Of a stretch of 64,000 bases of DNA, positions 27,989 through 37,469 are shown piece by piece. Source of the stretch: an uncultured Actinomycetota bacterium (GTDB lineage: Bacteria; Actinomycetota; Actinomycetes; Propionibacteriales; Propionibacteriaceae); NCBI GenBank assembly GCA_963758075.1, contig CAVWTT010000001.1, positions 76,973 to 140,972 of the forward strand, in the 5' to 3' direction. Numbering within the stretch: position 1 is the first letter of the stretch; the number at the start of each line of letters is the position of its first letter. The position numbers were made by a program, and so were the translations under genes. Below the pieces are notes generated by a model. That model made no database searches, was not told where the DNA came from, and saw only the letters and a program-made list of their open reading frames with translations.

Positions 27989-29203
27989 GTGAGCGTGATC
28001 ATGCACGTCGACATGGACGCGTTCTACGCCTCCGTGGCGCTGCGGCACCGACCTGAGTTGTGGCAGGTGCCGGTGATCGTCGCCGGCGCGCACCGCAGTG
28101 TGGTGCTGGCGGCCAACTACCCGGCCCGCCGTCTCGGCATCAGCTCGGGGATGCCGGCGATGCGGGCTCGGCGACTGGTGCCGGAGCTGGTCACGGTGGC
28201 TCCGGACCACGACGCCTTCGCCCAGGTCTCGGCCGGCATCTTCGCCATCTTCGACACCATCACCTCGCGGGTCGAGCGCGGCTCTATCGAGGAGGCGTTC
28301 CTGGACGTCACCGGGTCCCTGCGCCGGCTGGGACCGCCGGCAAGCATCGGCGAACGGATCCGGGCCGCGGTGGCCGACGAACAGAAGATCACCTGCTCGG
28401 TGGGCATCGCCCCGACCCGGTTCGTCGCCAAGATGGCCTCCCGGCAGGCCAAACCCGACGGGTTGATCGAGGTGGCCGCGGACCGGGTCGCCGACTTCCT
28501 GCACCCGCTGCCGGTGGAGCAGATGTGGGGCGTCGGCCGGTCCACCGCCGACGCGCTGCACCGACTCGGCATCGTCACCGTTGCCGATCTGGCCCGGATG
28601 CCCCGGTCTGTGCTGCAACACCGGTTCGGTCCCCGCGCCGGCGCCGTACTGGCCGACCTGGCCTGGGGCCGCGACGGCCGCCGGATCACCCTGGGCGCGC
28701 GGGAACACAGCACCGGCGCCCAGGAGACGTTCGCCGTCGACACCGCCGACCCGGTGGTGATCGAACGGGAACTGCTGCGGATGTCGGCGACGGTGGCCCG
28801 GCGGCTGCGCCGGGCCGGGCAGCTGGCTCGGACGGTGAGCATCTCCCTGCGCTACGCCGACTTCCAGGTCGTCAACCGGTCCACCGTGCTGTCCACACCA
28901 TCGGACGTGACCGGCGAGCTCCACGTCGCCGCGACCGCGCTGTTCGCCGGTCTGGCCCGTCGGGGCCGCCGGATCCGCCGCGTCGGCGTGCGCGCCGAGC
29001 AGCTGATCGCTGCCGACCGGGCCGACCGGCAACCCCGGCTCACCGATCCCGAGCGAGGGTGGCGCGAGCTCGAGTTCGCGATGGACGCCGCCGGTGAACG
29101 ATTCGGCCGGACCGCCGTGCAGCGGCTCGCTCTGCTGGGCAGCCCCGTCGATACGGCGAAGGAGCCACCGCCGTCCGGCACGGCCGGCGCCGACCGCCGA
29201 TGA
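27989..29203 (+). CDS. dinB: DNA polymerase IV (Y-family); second catalytic motif reads SIEE instead of SIDE
   Basis: HVDMDAFYA, NYPAR, CSVGI, KMAS..KPDG, WGVG, little-finger domain. Confidence 0.9.
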   Translation: MSVIMHVDMDAFYASVALRHRPELWQVPVIVAGAHRSVVLAANYPARRLGISSGMPAMRARRLVPELVTVAPDHDAFAQVSAGIFAIFDTITSRVERGSIEEAFLDVTGSLRRLGPPASIGERIRAAVADEQKITCSVGIAPTRFVAKMASRQAKPDGLIEVAADRVADFLHPLPVEQMWGVGRSTADALHRLGIVTVADLARMPRSVLQHRFGPRAGAVLADLAWGRDGRRITLGAREHSTGAQETFAVDTADPVVIERELLRMSATVARRLRRAGQLARTVSISLRYADFQVVNRSTVLSTPSDVTGELHVAATALFAGLARRGRRIRRVGVRAEQLIAADRADRQPRLTDPERGWRELEFAMDAAGERFGRTAVQRLALLGSPVDTAKEPPPSGTAGADRR

Positions 29204-29435
29204 CCCGGACGAACCTTGCCCCGCCGGGGTGCTGGGACGTATGGTCAGCGCCACATCTCAAGCGATCGATGTGGATCGTTCCGACTTCCCCGGGTGGTTC
29301 CGGCCGTGCCGGACCAGGGGCCGGATGAGGGGTTTACCGGTTGAGGTTTCCCCGCTCCCCGGTGACGCCTAGACTGGTCGGCACATCCACGGACTGCGTG
29401 GACGAGGCGGACACTCAGACAGTGGGAGGTGGCCC

Positions 29436-29828
29436 ATGGCCCTCTCAGATGAAGAAGAGCGACTTCTCCATCAGATGGAGGCTGCGCTCGCGGCCGACGA
29501 CCCCAAGCTGTCGCACGCCCTCAGCGGCGGGGGCAGCCGTCGGGTGCACCGCCGGCGAGCCGCCGTCGCCGGTGTCAGCTTCTTCGCCGGGCTGGCGTTG
29601 CTGATCCTCGGGATGTCCACCAACATCTTCTTCAGTGTGCTGGGTTTCGTCATCATGCTGGCCGCCGCCGTCACCGCCATCTACGCCTGGCAGCACGTCA
29701 ACGACGCCCCGGCCGACACCGGGCGTACCGACCGCCCCAAGGCTCCGCAGTCCGCTCCGAACGGCCAGGGCTTCATGGATCGGATGGAGGAGCGCTGGCG
29801 CAAGCGCCGCGACGAGTCCGGCTTCTGA
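29436..29828 (+). CDS. DUF3040 domain membrane protein
   Basis: MALSDEEERLLHQMEAALAADDPK signature, two TM segments, FMDRMEERW tail. Confidence 0.88.
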   Translation: MALSDEEERLLHQMEAALAADDPKLSHALSGGGSRRVHRRRAAVAGVSFFAGLALLILGMSTNIFFSVLGFVIMLAAAVTAIYAWQHVNDAPADTGRTDRPKAPQSAPNGQGFMDRMEERWRKRRDESGF

Positions 29829-29882
29829 GCCGCCCGGCCCTCTCCCGGCGCCGATTTCCGGCTGACCCGCGGGGCTGCGGCG

Positions 29883-32114
29883 TCAGCGCCGGCGGCGGAA
29901 GACCGACCTCGGCAGGACCGTCATAGCGACCCTCGACCGCCAGGAGCGGTCGGCGACCAGTCCTCGTCGGATCGTGCGCACCAGCCCGGGCACCTCGGCG
30001 GCCGCCGCGACGTCGGTGAACCTTTGGGCATACCGCTCCTGCTCGACCAGGACGCCGAGCCGGCTCAGCGCCTGCCGGGTCGATGGATCGGTGGACCGGC
30101 CGATCGCGGCGCTGATCTGGCGGGGTGATCCCGTGGGCCAGCGTCGACGCAGATCCCCGACCGTGTCCCTGACCTCGGCCCAGCCGGCCTCCACCCGGTC
30201 GCCGGGACCGTGACTGCCGCGCTCGAGCCGAGCACTGCGGCGACTGATCCGGACTGCGGCCGGCGCGACCAACAGGACCAGCAGCGCCAGTCCGGCGCCG
30301 GCGCCCACGGCCATGCTCCGCCAGTCCCCGGTCGGGGTCGTCGTCGGACCGGGCCCGCGCGTGGTGCCGGTCGGGTCCCGCGGTTGCCGGCCGGCCTGCG
30401 GCTGCAGCGTCGGCTGGGGCACGTCGGGCAGGTTCGTCGGGCTGTCACCGGCTTGATCGGCTCGCGGTGCGGTCCAGTCCGGCGCCGAGCCGGTCACCAG
30501 GGACGGTGTCGGCTCGTACCGCACCCAGCCGTAACCGCTGAAGTACAGCTCCGGCCAGGCATGGGCGTCCCGCGTCGTGACCGTCCAGACGTCGCCGTGC
30601 CGGGTGCCGGGCAGGAAGCCCACCGCCACCCGGCTGGGAATGCCGACGATCCGGGCCAGCAGGGCCATCGAGGCGGCGAACTGCTCGCAGTAGCCGTGCC
30701 GGTCGTTGAAGAGGAAGTTCTCCAACGCCTGGTAGCCGCTACCCGGCCGCGGATCGGTGCTGTAGGTGAAATTGTCCGGATTGCGGAGGTAGGCCTGGAT
30801 CGCCGCCGCCTTGCCCGCGGCCGAGCGGGCATGCGTGGTGATCCGACCGGCCAGCCGGATCAGGTTGCGCGGCAGGTTGTCCGGCACGGCGGTGGTCAGC
30901 GAGGCATCCGGGGGGTCGCCGGAGATGACGTCGTTCAAGGTCGCCGGGTCCGGATCGATGTCCTCGCTGACCACGGTGTAGTCGAGGTTGCGGGTGGCCT
31001 GGTCCCGCGGGCTGTGGCGATCGGCGGAGATGACCACCAGCGAGTTCGGGTCGTAGCCCCACCGGCCGCCGGCATCGAAGCTGCGCGGGGCGAACGGCAG
31101 CGGCAGGTACTCAGTGGAGAAGTCACCCATCCGGATGGTGGTCCGACGCTCCTTCACCGGCTCGGTCAACCCCGGCGGCTGCGGTAGCTGCGAGCCGGGA
31201 TCGATCGAGGTCGGGGCGTTCTGCCATCCGGCCGCGCTGAACGCCGGTAGCGATGCCATCCGCAGGTAGACCCCGCCCGGGCGGTCGGTCCGGTAGGTGA
31301 GCACCACCCGGTCCGCCGGCAGCGTGAGGTTGCGTTTCAGGTCAAGGGTCGGATCGGAGAGCCGCAACGGCCCGCCGCTGCCGGCGCTGCCCTCACCGAA
31401 ACCCCAGCCACCGAGCGTCAGGGTCGGCAGCGAGGCGGCCGCGACCAGGCTGGCCACCACGGCCGGCACCGCGACATAGGTGGCTGCCCGCCACACCACT
31501 GAGCCCGGGACCGTGCCCCCGGAGGTGTCGCGGCTGAGGCCCCGGGTCCAGCGGGCGTTCCGGTTCAGGCCGTCGGCGATCAGGATGGCCAGGTAGCCCA
31601 CCGCGATGCACAGGAACGCGCCGGCACCGGTGTCGGTGCCCAGCCCGATCGCCGGAACCAGGAAGACGGCCAACGGCGGCCCCAGTCCGAGGGCCGGCTT
31701 GCGGAAGGTCACCACCAGCAGATCGGTGAGGATCGCCATCGCCCCGAGCGACACCAGGAAGACGAAGCGGACCCCGTCGTCGGGGGTCATCGGTGCCGAT
31801 TCGGTCCGCATGTGCTCGGCAGCCGTGCCGAACAGGGCACCGACGCGTTCGGCGAAACCCGTCGACGGGTCCTGGATCATCCGCGACGACACCAGCGTCG
31901 CGAACCCGGTCAGGGCGATCAGCTGTCCGGCCAGAGCGCCGACCGAGCCGGCCGGTGTACGTCGACTGATCAGGCCGATCCCCGCGATGACGATGATGAG
32001 CAGCCAGCTGATGCCCAGGTAGGAACTGTCCTGGGTCAGCGGCTGCAGCGTGAAGCAGGCCAGGATCATGGCGACGGCCACGCCGATCGCGGACCGGTCG
32101 GTGGAACGCATCAT
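29883..32114 (-). CDS. Transglutaminase-like (TgpA/DUF3488) membrane protein
   Basis: Multi-TM N-terminus; GYCEQFA, AHAWPE, YEPT putative catalytic triad. Confidence 0.9.
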   Translation of the reverse strand: MMRSTDRSAIGVAVAMILACFTLQPLTQDSSYLGISWLLIIVIAGIGLISRRTPAGSVGALAGQLIALTGFATLVSSRMIQDPSTGFAERVGALFGTAAEHMRTESAPMTPDDGVRFVFLVSLGAMAILTDLLVVTFRKPALGLGPPLAVFLVPAIGLGTDTGAGAFLCIAVGYLAILIADGLNRNARWTRGLSRDTSGGTVPGSVVWRAATYVAVPAVVASLVAAASLPTLTLGGWGFGEGSAGSGGPLRLSDPTLDLKRNLTLPADRVVLTYRTDRPGGVYLRMASLPAFSAAGWQNAPTSIDPGSQLPQPPGLTEPVKERRTTIRMGDFSTEYLPLPFAPRSFDAGGRWGYDPNSLVVISADRHSPRDQATRNLDYTVVSEDIDPDPATLNDVISGDPPDASLTTAVPDNLPRNLIRLAGRITTHARSAAGKAAAIQAYLRNPDNFTYSTDPRPGSGYQALENFLFNDRHGYCEQFAASMALLARIVGIPSRVAVGFLPGTRHGDVWTVTTRDAHAWPELYFSGYGWVRYEPTPSLVTGSAPDWTAPRADQAGDSPTNLPDVPQPTLQPQAGRQPRDPTGTTRGPGPTTTPTGDWRSMAVGAGAGLALLVLLVAPAAVRISRRSARLERGSHGPGDRVEAGWAEVRDTVGDLRRRWPTGSPRQISAAIGRSTDPSTRQALSRLGVLVEQERYAQRFTDVAAAAEVPGLVRTIRRGLVADRSWRSRVAMTVLPRSVFRRRR

Positions 32115-33544
32115 CCCGCCGCCTCACCGGCCGGCACCGGGGTTGCGGCCGGCTGCCGGGCTCGAGACAGGGTCCCGTCGGTGAGCCGCGCCCAGGCATC
32201 GGCAACCGACATCCGGCCGGTGACCCGCACCACCCGCCAGCCCTCCGCGGTGAGCAGTCGCGCCGTCTCCTCCAGATCGGCGGGGCGATGGGCGGCATCG
32301 AACCGGCCGACGGAGCCGGCGCCCTCCGGTCGGGACCCGGCGCCGGCGGCAGCCGCAGCGGACACTCGGCTGCCGCGGCGCCGCGCCGCGGGATCGTCGA
32401 AGCTGTCGACGTCCAGCAGCAGGGCCAGCCCCTGGGTGCGCTGTCGACGGGTCCGCAGCAGTGCGTGGGCGTCGTCGGGGGAGAGCCGGCCCATCACCGC
32501 GACCACCAGCTCGCCGGAGTGGTCCAGCGACGCCGCCTGCAAGGCGTAGCGCAGGCTGAACGTGCGGCGCGGCCGCAGGTCGGTCAGCCGCGAGACCAGC
32601 AGGTCGGAGGTGGCCGTCCGGTTCGTCGCGGCGTCGGCGCCGAGGTCGACGGGACCGTCGGCCTCGTGTACCGACAGCCGGTAGCCGTCCTGGATGAACC
32701 GCAGGCCGATCGACGCGGCTGCCGAGACCGCCCATTCCAGCGAGTTGTGCACGCCGGTACCGGCATGGGATCCCGACCGGGAGTCCAGGATGATTCGCGC
32801 TGCCGGATCCCAGGACTGTTCCTCCCGGCGCACCATCAGGTCGCCCCGACGGGCCGTCGACCGCCAATGCACCCGGCGCACGTCATCACCGTGGCGGTAC
32901 TCCCGGATCAGCACGTCGTCGGCGCCGACCACACCGATGCGTTGCGGCTGTGACTCGCCGGAGCTGCCGGTGCCGCCACTGGTCGGCAGCGAGGTCAACG
33001 GCACAAGTTGCGGGGTGACGAGCACCTCGGTGCTGGTGTTGAACCGCTGATCGCGCCGGACCATGCCGAAGGCGTCCTCGGTGCGGACGGTCAACGGGCC
33101 GCAGCGCCAGCGTCCGCGAACCCGGCCGATCAGCGGATAGTCCAGTTCCCGCCGCCAGCTCAGGCCGGCCCGATCGATCGTGAACCGGGGCTGCTCGCCG
33201 AGTTCGGGCGGCACCTGGTCCTCCAGCATCACCATCCCGATGGGCAGCCGGCTCTGCAGTCCGAGGGTGATCCGGCCGACCAGTGGCGAGCCGAGTTGGA
33301 TCCGCTGCGGTACCACCGTGCGCCGCGCCGACAGCCGTAGCCTGGCCACCGACACCAACACCAGGGAGATCAGCGGGACCGCGACCAGCAGTAGGCCGAC
33401 GCGAGCGACGTCACGTTGTCCGGCGGCCATCGCCACCAGCACGGTGGCGATGCCGGCCAGCAGGGTCAGCCGGCCGCGCAGGGTGAGCAGGCCCACGAAC
33501 CGCCGGTCCTCGAGGTCGGCCCGTTCGGGCCGTTCGCCGGTCAT
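32111..33544 (-). CDS. DUF58 domain protein
   Basis: IREYRHGDDVRRVHWRSTARRGDLMVRREE. Confidence 0.9.
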   Translation of the reverse strand: MTGERPERADLEDRRFVGLLTLRGRLTLLAGIATVLVAMAAGQRDVARVGLLLVAVPLISLVLVSVARLRLSARRTVVPQRIQLGSPLVGRITLGLQSRLPIGMVMLEDQVPPELGEQPRFTIDRAGLSWRRELDYPLIGRVRGRWRCGPLTVRTEDAFGMVRRDQRFNTSTEVLVTPQLVPLTSLPTSGGTGSSGESQPQRIGVVGADDVLIREYRHGDDVRRVHWRSTARRGDLMVRREEQSWDPAARIILDSRSGSHAGTGVHNSLEWAVSAAASIGLRFIQDGYRLSVHEADGPVDLGADAATNRTATSDLLVSRLTDLRPRRTFSLRYALQAASLDHSGELVVAVMGRLSPDDAHALLRTRRQRTQGLALLLDVDSFDDPAARRRGSRVSAAAAAGAGSRPEGAGSVGRFDAAHRPADLEETARLLTAEGWRVVRVTGRMSVADAWARLTDGTLSRARQPAATPVPAGEAAG

Positions 33545-34620
33545 CTCCGGTCGGGCACTGCCACGGCGCGGACCGCGGCGGCGATGATGTCCTCGACACC
33601 GCGCCGGGCCAGTTGGGCCTCTGTCGACAGCAGCACCCGGTGGGCCAGCACCGGCCCGGCCAGGGTGCTGACGTCGTCGGGGCTGACGTACTCCCGGCCG
33701 TCCAGCGCGGCCCTGGCACGGGCCGCCCGGAGCAGGTGCAGGGTGGCCCGGGGTGAGGCGCCCAGCCGGAGGTCGCGGCTGCGTCGGGTCGCGGTCACGA
33801 CGCCGACGATGTAGTCCTTGACGGCCGGGCTGACGTAGGTCTGCTGGGCTGCCCTGATCAGCCCGCGGACGGTGGCGGCGTCGGTGACCGGCCGGAGTTC
33901 GGTCAGCGGGTCGGCCGAGCCGTGGGCGTCCAGCATGTCCAGCTCCGAGGCCGGGGTCGGATAGCCCATCTCGATCCGGGCCATGAACCGGTCCCGCTGC
34001 GCCTCCGGCAGCGGATAGGTGCCCTCCATCTCGATCGGGTTCTGGGTGGCCACCACCATGAACGGGGTCTGCAGGCGGTAGGTGGTGCCGTCGACGGAGA
34101 CCTGGCCCTCCTCCATCGCCTCCAGCAGGGCCGACTGCGTCTTGGGTGAGGCCCGGTTGATCTCGTCCCCGACGACGATGTTGGCGAAGATGCCACCCGG
34201 CTTGAACTCGAACTCGCGGCTCTCGGCGTTGAACACCGAGACACCGGTGATGTCGGACGGGAGCAGGTCGGGGGTGAACTGCAACCGGCGGACCGAGCAA
34301 TCGATGGATCGGCCGATCGCCTTGGCCAGCATGGTCTTGCCGACCCCGGGCACGTCCTCGACGAGCAGGTGGCCCTCGGCCAGCAGCACCATCAGCGCCA
34401 GGTCGACCGGGGCGCGCTTGCCCTCGATGACCTGTTCGATGGCCGTGCGGACCGCGGTCATCACCTCGACGACGTCGTCGAGCCGGTAGCCGGCGGGGTC
34501 CGGCTCGGAACGGGAGTGGCCGTTGGTCACCGGCCTGGTGGGCGCGTCCGCGGCCCGGTCCGACGTACCGACGACGACCTCGTCGTACGCCCCGGCCTGG
34601 CCCTGGGATCTCAAGCTCAC
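33541..34620 (-). CDS. moxR: MoxR-family AAA+ ATPase
   Basis: EDVPGVGKT, QFTPDLLPSD, DEINR, TQNPIE, LPEAQRDRF; start uncertain. Confidence 0.92.
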   Translation of the reverse strand: MSLRSQGQAGAYDEVVVGTSDRAADAPTRPVTNGHSRSEPDPAGYRLDDVVEVMTAVRTAIEQVIEGKRAPVDLALMVLLAEGHLLVEDVPGVGKTMLAKAIGRSIDCSVRRLQFTPDLLPSDITGVSVFNAESREFEFKPGGIFANIVVGDEINRASPKTQSALLEAMEEGQVSVDGTTYRLQTPFMVVATQNPIEMEGTYPLPEAQRDRFMARIEMGYPTPASELDMLDAHGSADPLTELRPVTDAATVRGLIRAAQQTYVSPAVKDYIVGVVTATRRSRDLRLGASPRATLHLLRAARARAALDGREYVSPDDVSTLAGPVLAHRVLLSTEAQLARRGVEDIIAAAVRAVAVPDRR

Positions 34621-34938
34621 GCGATGTCCTTCCGCTGCGGCGGCGCCCCCGGCCGCCCGCACGGATCGCCTACGGCCGGGTGGTCCGACCGCGACCCTGC
34701 CGGCGTTGGTATCCGACAGGACGCCGGCGACGACGTTTCGGCGACGCAGTTCTGCGCGGTGCGGCGATCTGCGAGCTACATGCTATGCGCCGCTACCCAG
34801 CCGTGCAGCGGGTCGGCGGCGGGTGCCCTGACGTCGGCCGCAGCGTTGCGAGGATCGGCTGCTCGGGCCGACGCGAGGTCGGACCTGGGATCACGGTGTG
34901 GCGGTGGTGGGGGGCGGGTGGGGCGAAAACTATGCTGG

Positions 34939-34972
34939 GTGGAGCAAAGTGGAGTACAGTGGCGCGAAATGG
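34939..34972 (+). promoter_or_regulatory. MraZ autorepression array: (G/A)TGG boxes at 10-bp period, just after a TATGCT -10
   Basis: GTGG at 34939, 34949, 34959; ATGG at 34969; weaker ACGG and ATGA continue the period. Confidence 0.8.
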
Positions 34973-35031
34973 AGGGCAACGGGTCGAAATGAGGCAGTCG
35001 GGATCCGTGCTGGAGCTGGGAGGTGTGCGCC

Positions 35032-35460
35032 GTGTTCCTCGGTACGCACACTCCGAAACTCGACGACAAGGGCCGACTGATCCTTCCGGCGAAGTTCCGG
35101 GAGGAACTGGCCGACGGACTCGTGGTCACCAGGGCGCAGGACCGATGCCTGGCCATCTATCCGACGGCCACCTTCATCGAGATGACGAAGTCGATCTCCC
35201 AGGCCCCGACCAGTGTCAAGCAGGTCCGCGACTTCCAGCGGATGCTCGCCGCCGGGGCCTCGGACGAAACCCCGGACAAGCAGGGCCGGATCACCATCCC
35301 GCAGCAGCTCCGGGCCTACGCCGGCCTGGAGACCAACGTGGTGGTGGTGGGTGCGATCAACCGGGTCGAGGTCTGGGACGCGGGTGCCTGGCAGGAGTAC
35401 TCCGCCGAGCAGGAGCCGGCGTTCGCGGAGATGAACGAAGAGGTGTTCCCGGGCCTGTGA
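35032..35460 (+). CDS. mraZ: Division/cell wall cluster transcriptional repressor MraZ
   Basis: MFLGTHTPKLDDKGRL and second DKQGRI repeat; GGAGGT RBS. Confidence 0.95.
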   Translation: MFLGTHTPKLDDKGRLILPAKFREELADGLVVTRAQDRCLAIYPTATFIEMTKSISQAPTSVKQVRDFQRMLAAGASDETPDKQGRITIPQQLRAYAGLETNVVVVGAINRVEVWDAGAWQEYSAEQEPAFAEMNEEVFPGL

Positions 35461-35504
35461 CAACCGACGCAGGCCCGGACCGTAGGTCCCCGTAACGGGG
35501 TGCA

Positions 35505-35615
35505 CGGCTCGTGCCATCAGGCTTCAGTCCGTGGGTCTGACTCCCTGGCGCACCTTCCCCGGCGCCAGGTAGGACTTCCCACAGATCCCGGACTGAAACC
35601 CGAGGGCACGAGCCG
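35505..35615 (+). ncRNA. mraW RNA motif-like cis-regulatory hairpin
   Basis: Apical stem CCTGGCGC/GCGCCAGG with ACCTTCCCCG loop, enclosed by a 9-bp (TTCAGTCCG/CGGACTGAA) and an 11-bp (CGGCTCGTGCC/GGCACGAGCCG) helix; located 5' of rsmH. Confidence 0.75.
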
Positions 35616-35701
35616 GGCAGCAGGAACTCGGACGAGTTCGGATGAATCTGGGGTCGAGATGGCAGCAGTGGGTGGCACCGCGACGCGGGAGCGCGACCTC
35701 G

Positions 35702-36685
35702 ATGGCTGACGCCGTACACGTCCCCGTGATGGTGGAGCGGATCACCGCTCTGTTGGCTCCCGCGCTGCAGCCGAGTCCGGGAACCGACACGGCGGCGCCG
35801 GTCCTGGTCGACTGCACGCTCGGTCTCGGCGGCCACGCAGCTGCGCTGCTGCAGGCCTGCCCCGCGGCCCGGTTGATCGGCCTGGACCGCGACACCGATG
35901 CGCTCGCGGTGGCATCGGACCGGCTGGGTCCCCACGCCGACCGGATCGACCTGGTGCACGCGGTCTACGACGAGCTGCCCGACGTGCTCGCCGACCGGGG
36001 CATCGCCGCTGTCCAAGCCGTCCTGCTGGACCTGGGGCTGTCGTCACTGCAGATCGACCGCACCGAACGGGGCTTCGCCTACGCCCAGGAGGGGCCGCTC
36101 GACATGCGGATGGACCGGACCCAGCCGCTGACCGCAGAGGACGTCGTCAACGACTACTCCGCCGAGCAACTCGCCCGGATCCTGCGTGACTGGGGAGAGG
36201 AACGCTACGCCCACCGGATCGCACGGGCGATCGTGGCCGAACGCGCCGCCGACCGGATCACCGGCTCGGCCCGGCTGGTCCGGATCATCGCCGGCGCCGT
36301 GCCGCAGGCCGCCCAGCGGACCGGCGGCCATCCCGCCAAACGCACCTTCCAGGCCCTGCGGATCGAGGTGAACGCAGAACTGACCGCGCTGCGTGGAGTC
36401 CTGCCCGGTGCGGTCGCCGCTCTCGACCTCGGCGGTCGCATCGCCGTGCTGGCCTACCACTCCCTGGAGGACCGGCTGGTCAAACAGACGCTGCGGTCGG
36501 CCTCCAGCAGCCGGGCTCCCCGGGACCTGCCGGTGGTCCCCGCCGGGATGGGACCCGAGCTGCGGCTGCTGACCCGCGGCGCCGAGCGACCCGACGAGCA
36601 GGAGTCCGCGGCCAACCCGCGGGCCCGCTCGGCCCGGCTCCGCGCTGCCGAACGGATCGCGCCGGCGTCGGGACAGGCGGCATGA
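35702..36685 (+). CDS. rsmH: 16S rRNA m4C1402 methyltransferase
   Basis: HVPVM, DCTLGLGGHA, DLGLSSLQ, DMRMD, FQALRIEVN, YHSLEDR, NPRARSARLR. Confidence 0.96.
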   Translation: MADAVHVPVMVERITALLAPALQPSPGTDTAAPVLVDCTLGLGGHAAALLQACPAARLIGLDRDTDALAVASDRLGPHADRIDLVHAVYDELPDVLADRGIAAVQAVLLDLGLSSLQIDRTERGFAYAQEGPLDMRMDRTQPLTAEDVVNDYSAEQLARILRDWGEERYAHRIARAIVAERAADRITGSARLVRIIAGAVPQAAQRTGGHPAKRTFQALRIEVNAELTALRGVLPGAVAALDLGGRIAVLAYHSLEDRLVKQTLRSASSSRAPRDLPVVPAGMGPELRLLTRGAERPDEQESAANPRARSARLRAAERIAPASGQAA

Positions 36686-36867
36686 CCGACCCGAGGGGTG
36701 TCCAGCCGCGACCGGCCGCGGACGACCCGACCAGCGCCGACGGCACCGTCCGGACCAGCACCGTCCGGACCAGCACCGTCCGGACCAGCACCGTCGAAAC
36801 CAGCACCGTCCGGACCAGCACCGTCGAAACCAGCACCGTCGAGAGCACCGAGGAGGCGAGCCGATGA
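36682..36867 (+). CDS. Putative 61-aa Thr/Ser-rich micro-ORF with (TSTV[R/E]) repeats
   Basis: ATGA overlaps with both the rsmH stop and the ftsL start; in-frame 15-bp repeat. Confidence 0.45.
   Translation: MTDPRGVQPRPAADDPTSADGTVRTSTVRTSTVRTSTVETSTVRTSTVETSTVESTEEASR
36743..36849. repeat. 15-bp tandem repeat x6-7 (GCACCGTC[CGG/GAA]ACCA)
   Basis: Direct reading. Confidence 0.93.
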
Positions 36868-37463
36868 GCGCACTGTGGGCCGATACCCGGCCGGACCGGG
36901 CCGAAGGCCGAGCCAGCACAACGCCGATCCGCCGGCCCGTCCTGCTCCAGGGCGGCGCAGCCCACGGCCGGCTGGGCCGGGTGCCGTTCGTGCTGGTGCT
37001 GATGGCGCTGTTCGGCGTCGGCATGGCCGGCCTGCTGGCCCTCAACACGACCCTGCAGGGGCAGGCCTTCCAGGCCCGCACGCTGCACAGCCAGGCCAAC
37101 CAGCTCACCTACCGGCAGGCTGCCCTGGAACGACAGGTCGACAGCCTGCGATCGATCGACAATCTCGCTGCACGGGCCTTCGGAATGGGCCTGCGGCCCG
37201 ACCCGGAACCCGGATTCGTGCAGCTGCCCGAGGGCAGGGTGATCGGTCATCCCACCCCGGTGACCGGTCACGAAGTGCCGGGGCTGGTCAAGACCCCGGA
37301 GCAGATCAAGGCCAAGCGCGAGGCGGCCGCAGCCAAGAAGAAGGCCGCCGCGGCCAAGCGGCAGGCTGATGCGGCGCGCCGGCAGGCCGAACGCCAGCAG
37401 GCCGGCGGTGCCCCGACCGGCACCGGACAGAACAGCACGAGCAACCACGGCGGACAGGGCTGA
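36864..37463 (+). CDS. ftsL: Cell division protein FtsL-like
   Basis: RVPFVLVL TM segment, LNTTLQGQAF, coiled coil, A..LG M motif; position between rsmH and ftsI; AGGAGG RBS. Confidence 0.8.
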   Translation: MSALWADTRPDRAEGRASTTPIRRPVLLQGGAAHGRLGRVPFVLVLMALFGVGMAGLLALNTTLQGQAFQARTLHSQANQLTYRQAALERQVDSLRSIDNLAARAFGMGLRPDPEPGFVQLPEGRVIGHPTPVTGHEVPGLVKTPEQIKAKREAAAAKKKAAAAKRQADAARRQAERQQAGGAPTGTGQNSTSNHGGQG

Positions 37464-37469
37464 TCGACA

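Noticed and set aside
29386-29424. ANTAR dual-hairpin target in the DUF3040 leader
   Set aside because: Two small hairpins are present, but the loops are 5 nt and lack the hexaloop A1/G4 pattern
29883-34620. MoxR-DUF58-transglutaminase triad as a novel system
   Set aside because: Widespread, already described gene triad in its usual position upstream of mraZ
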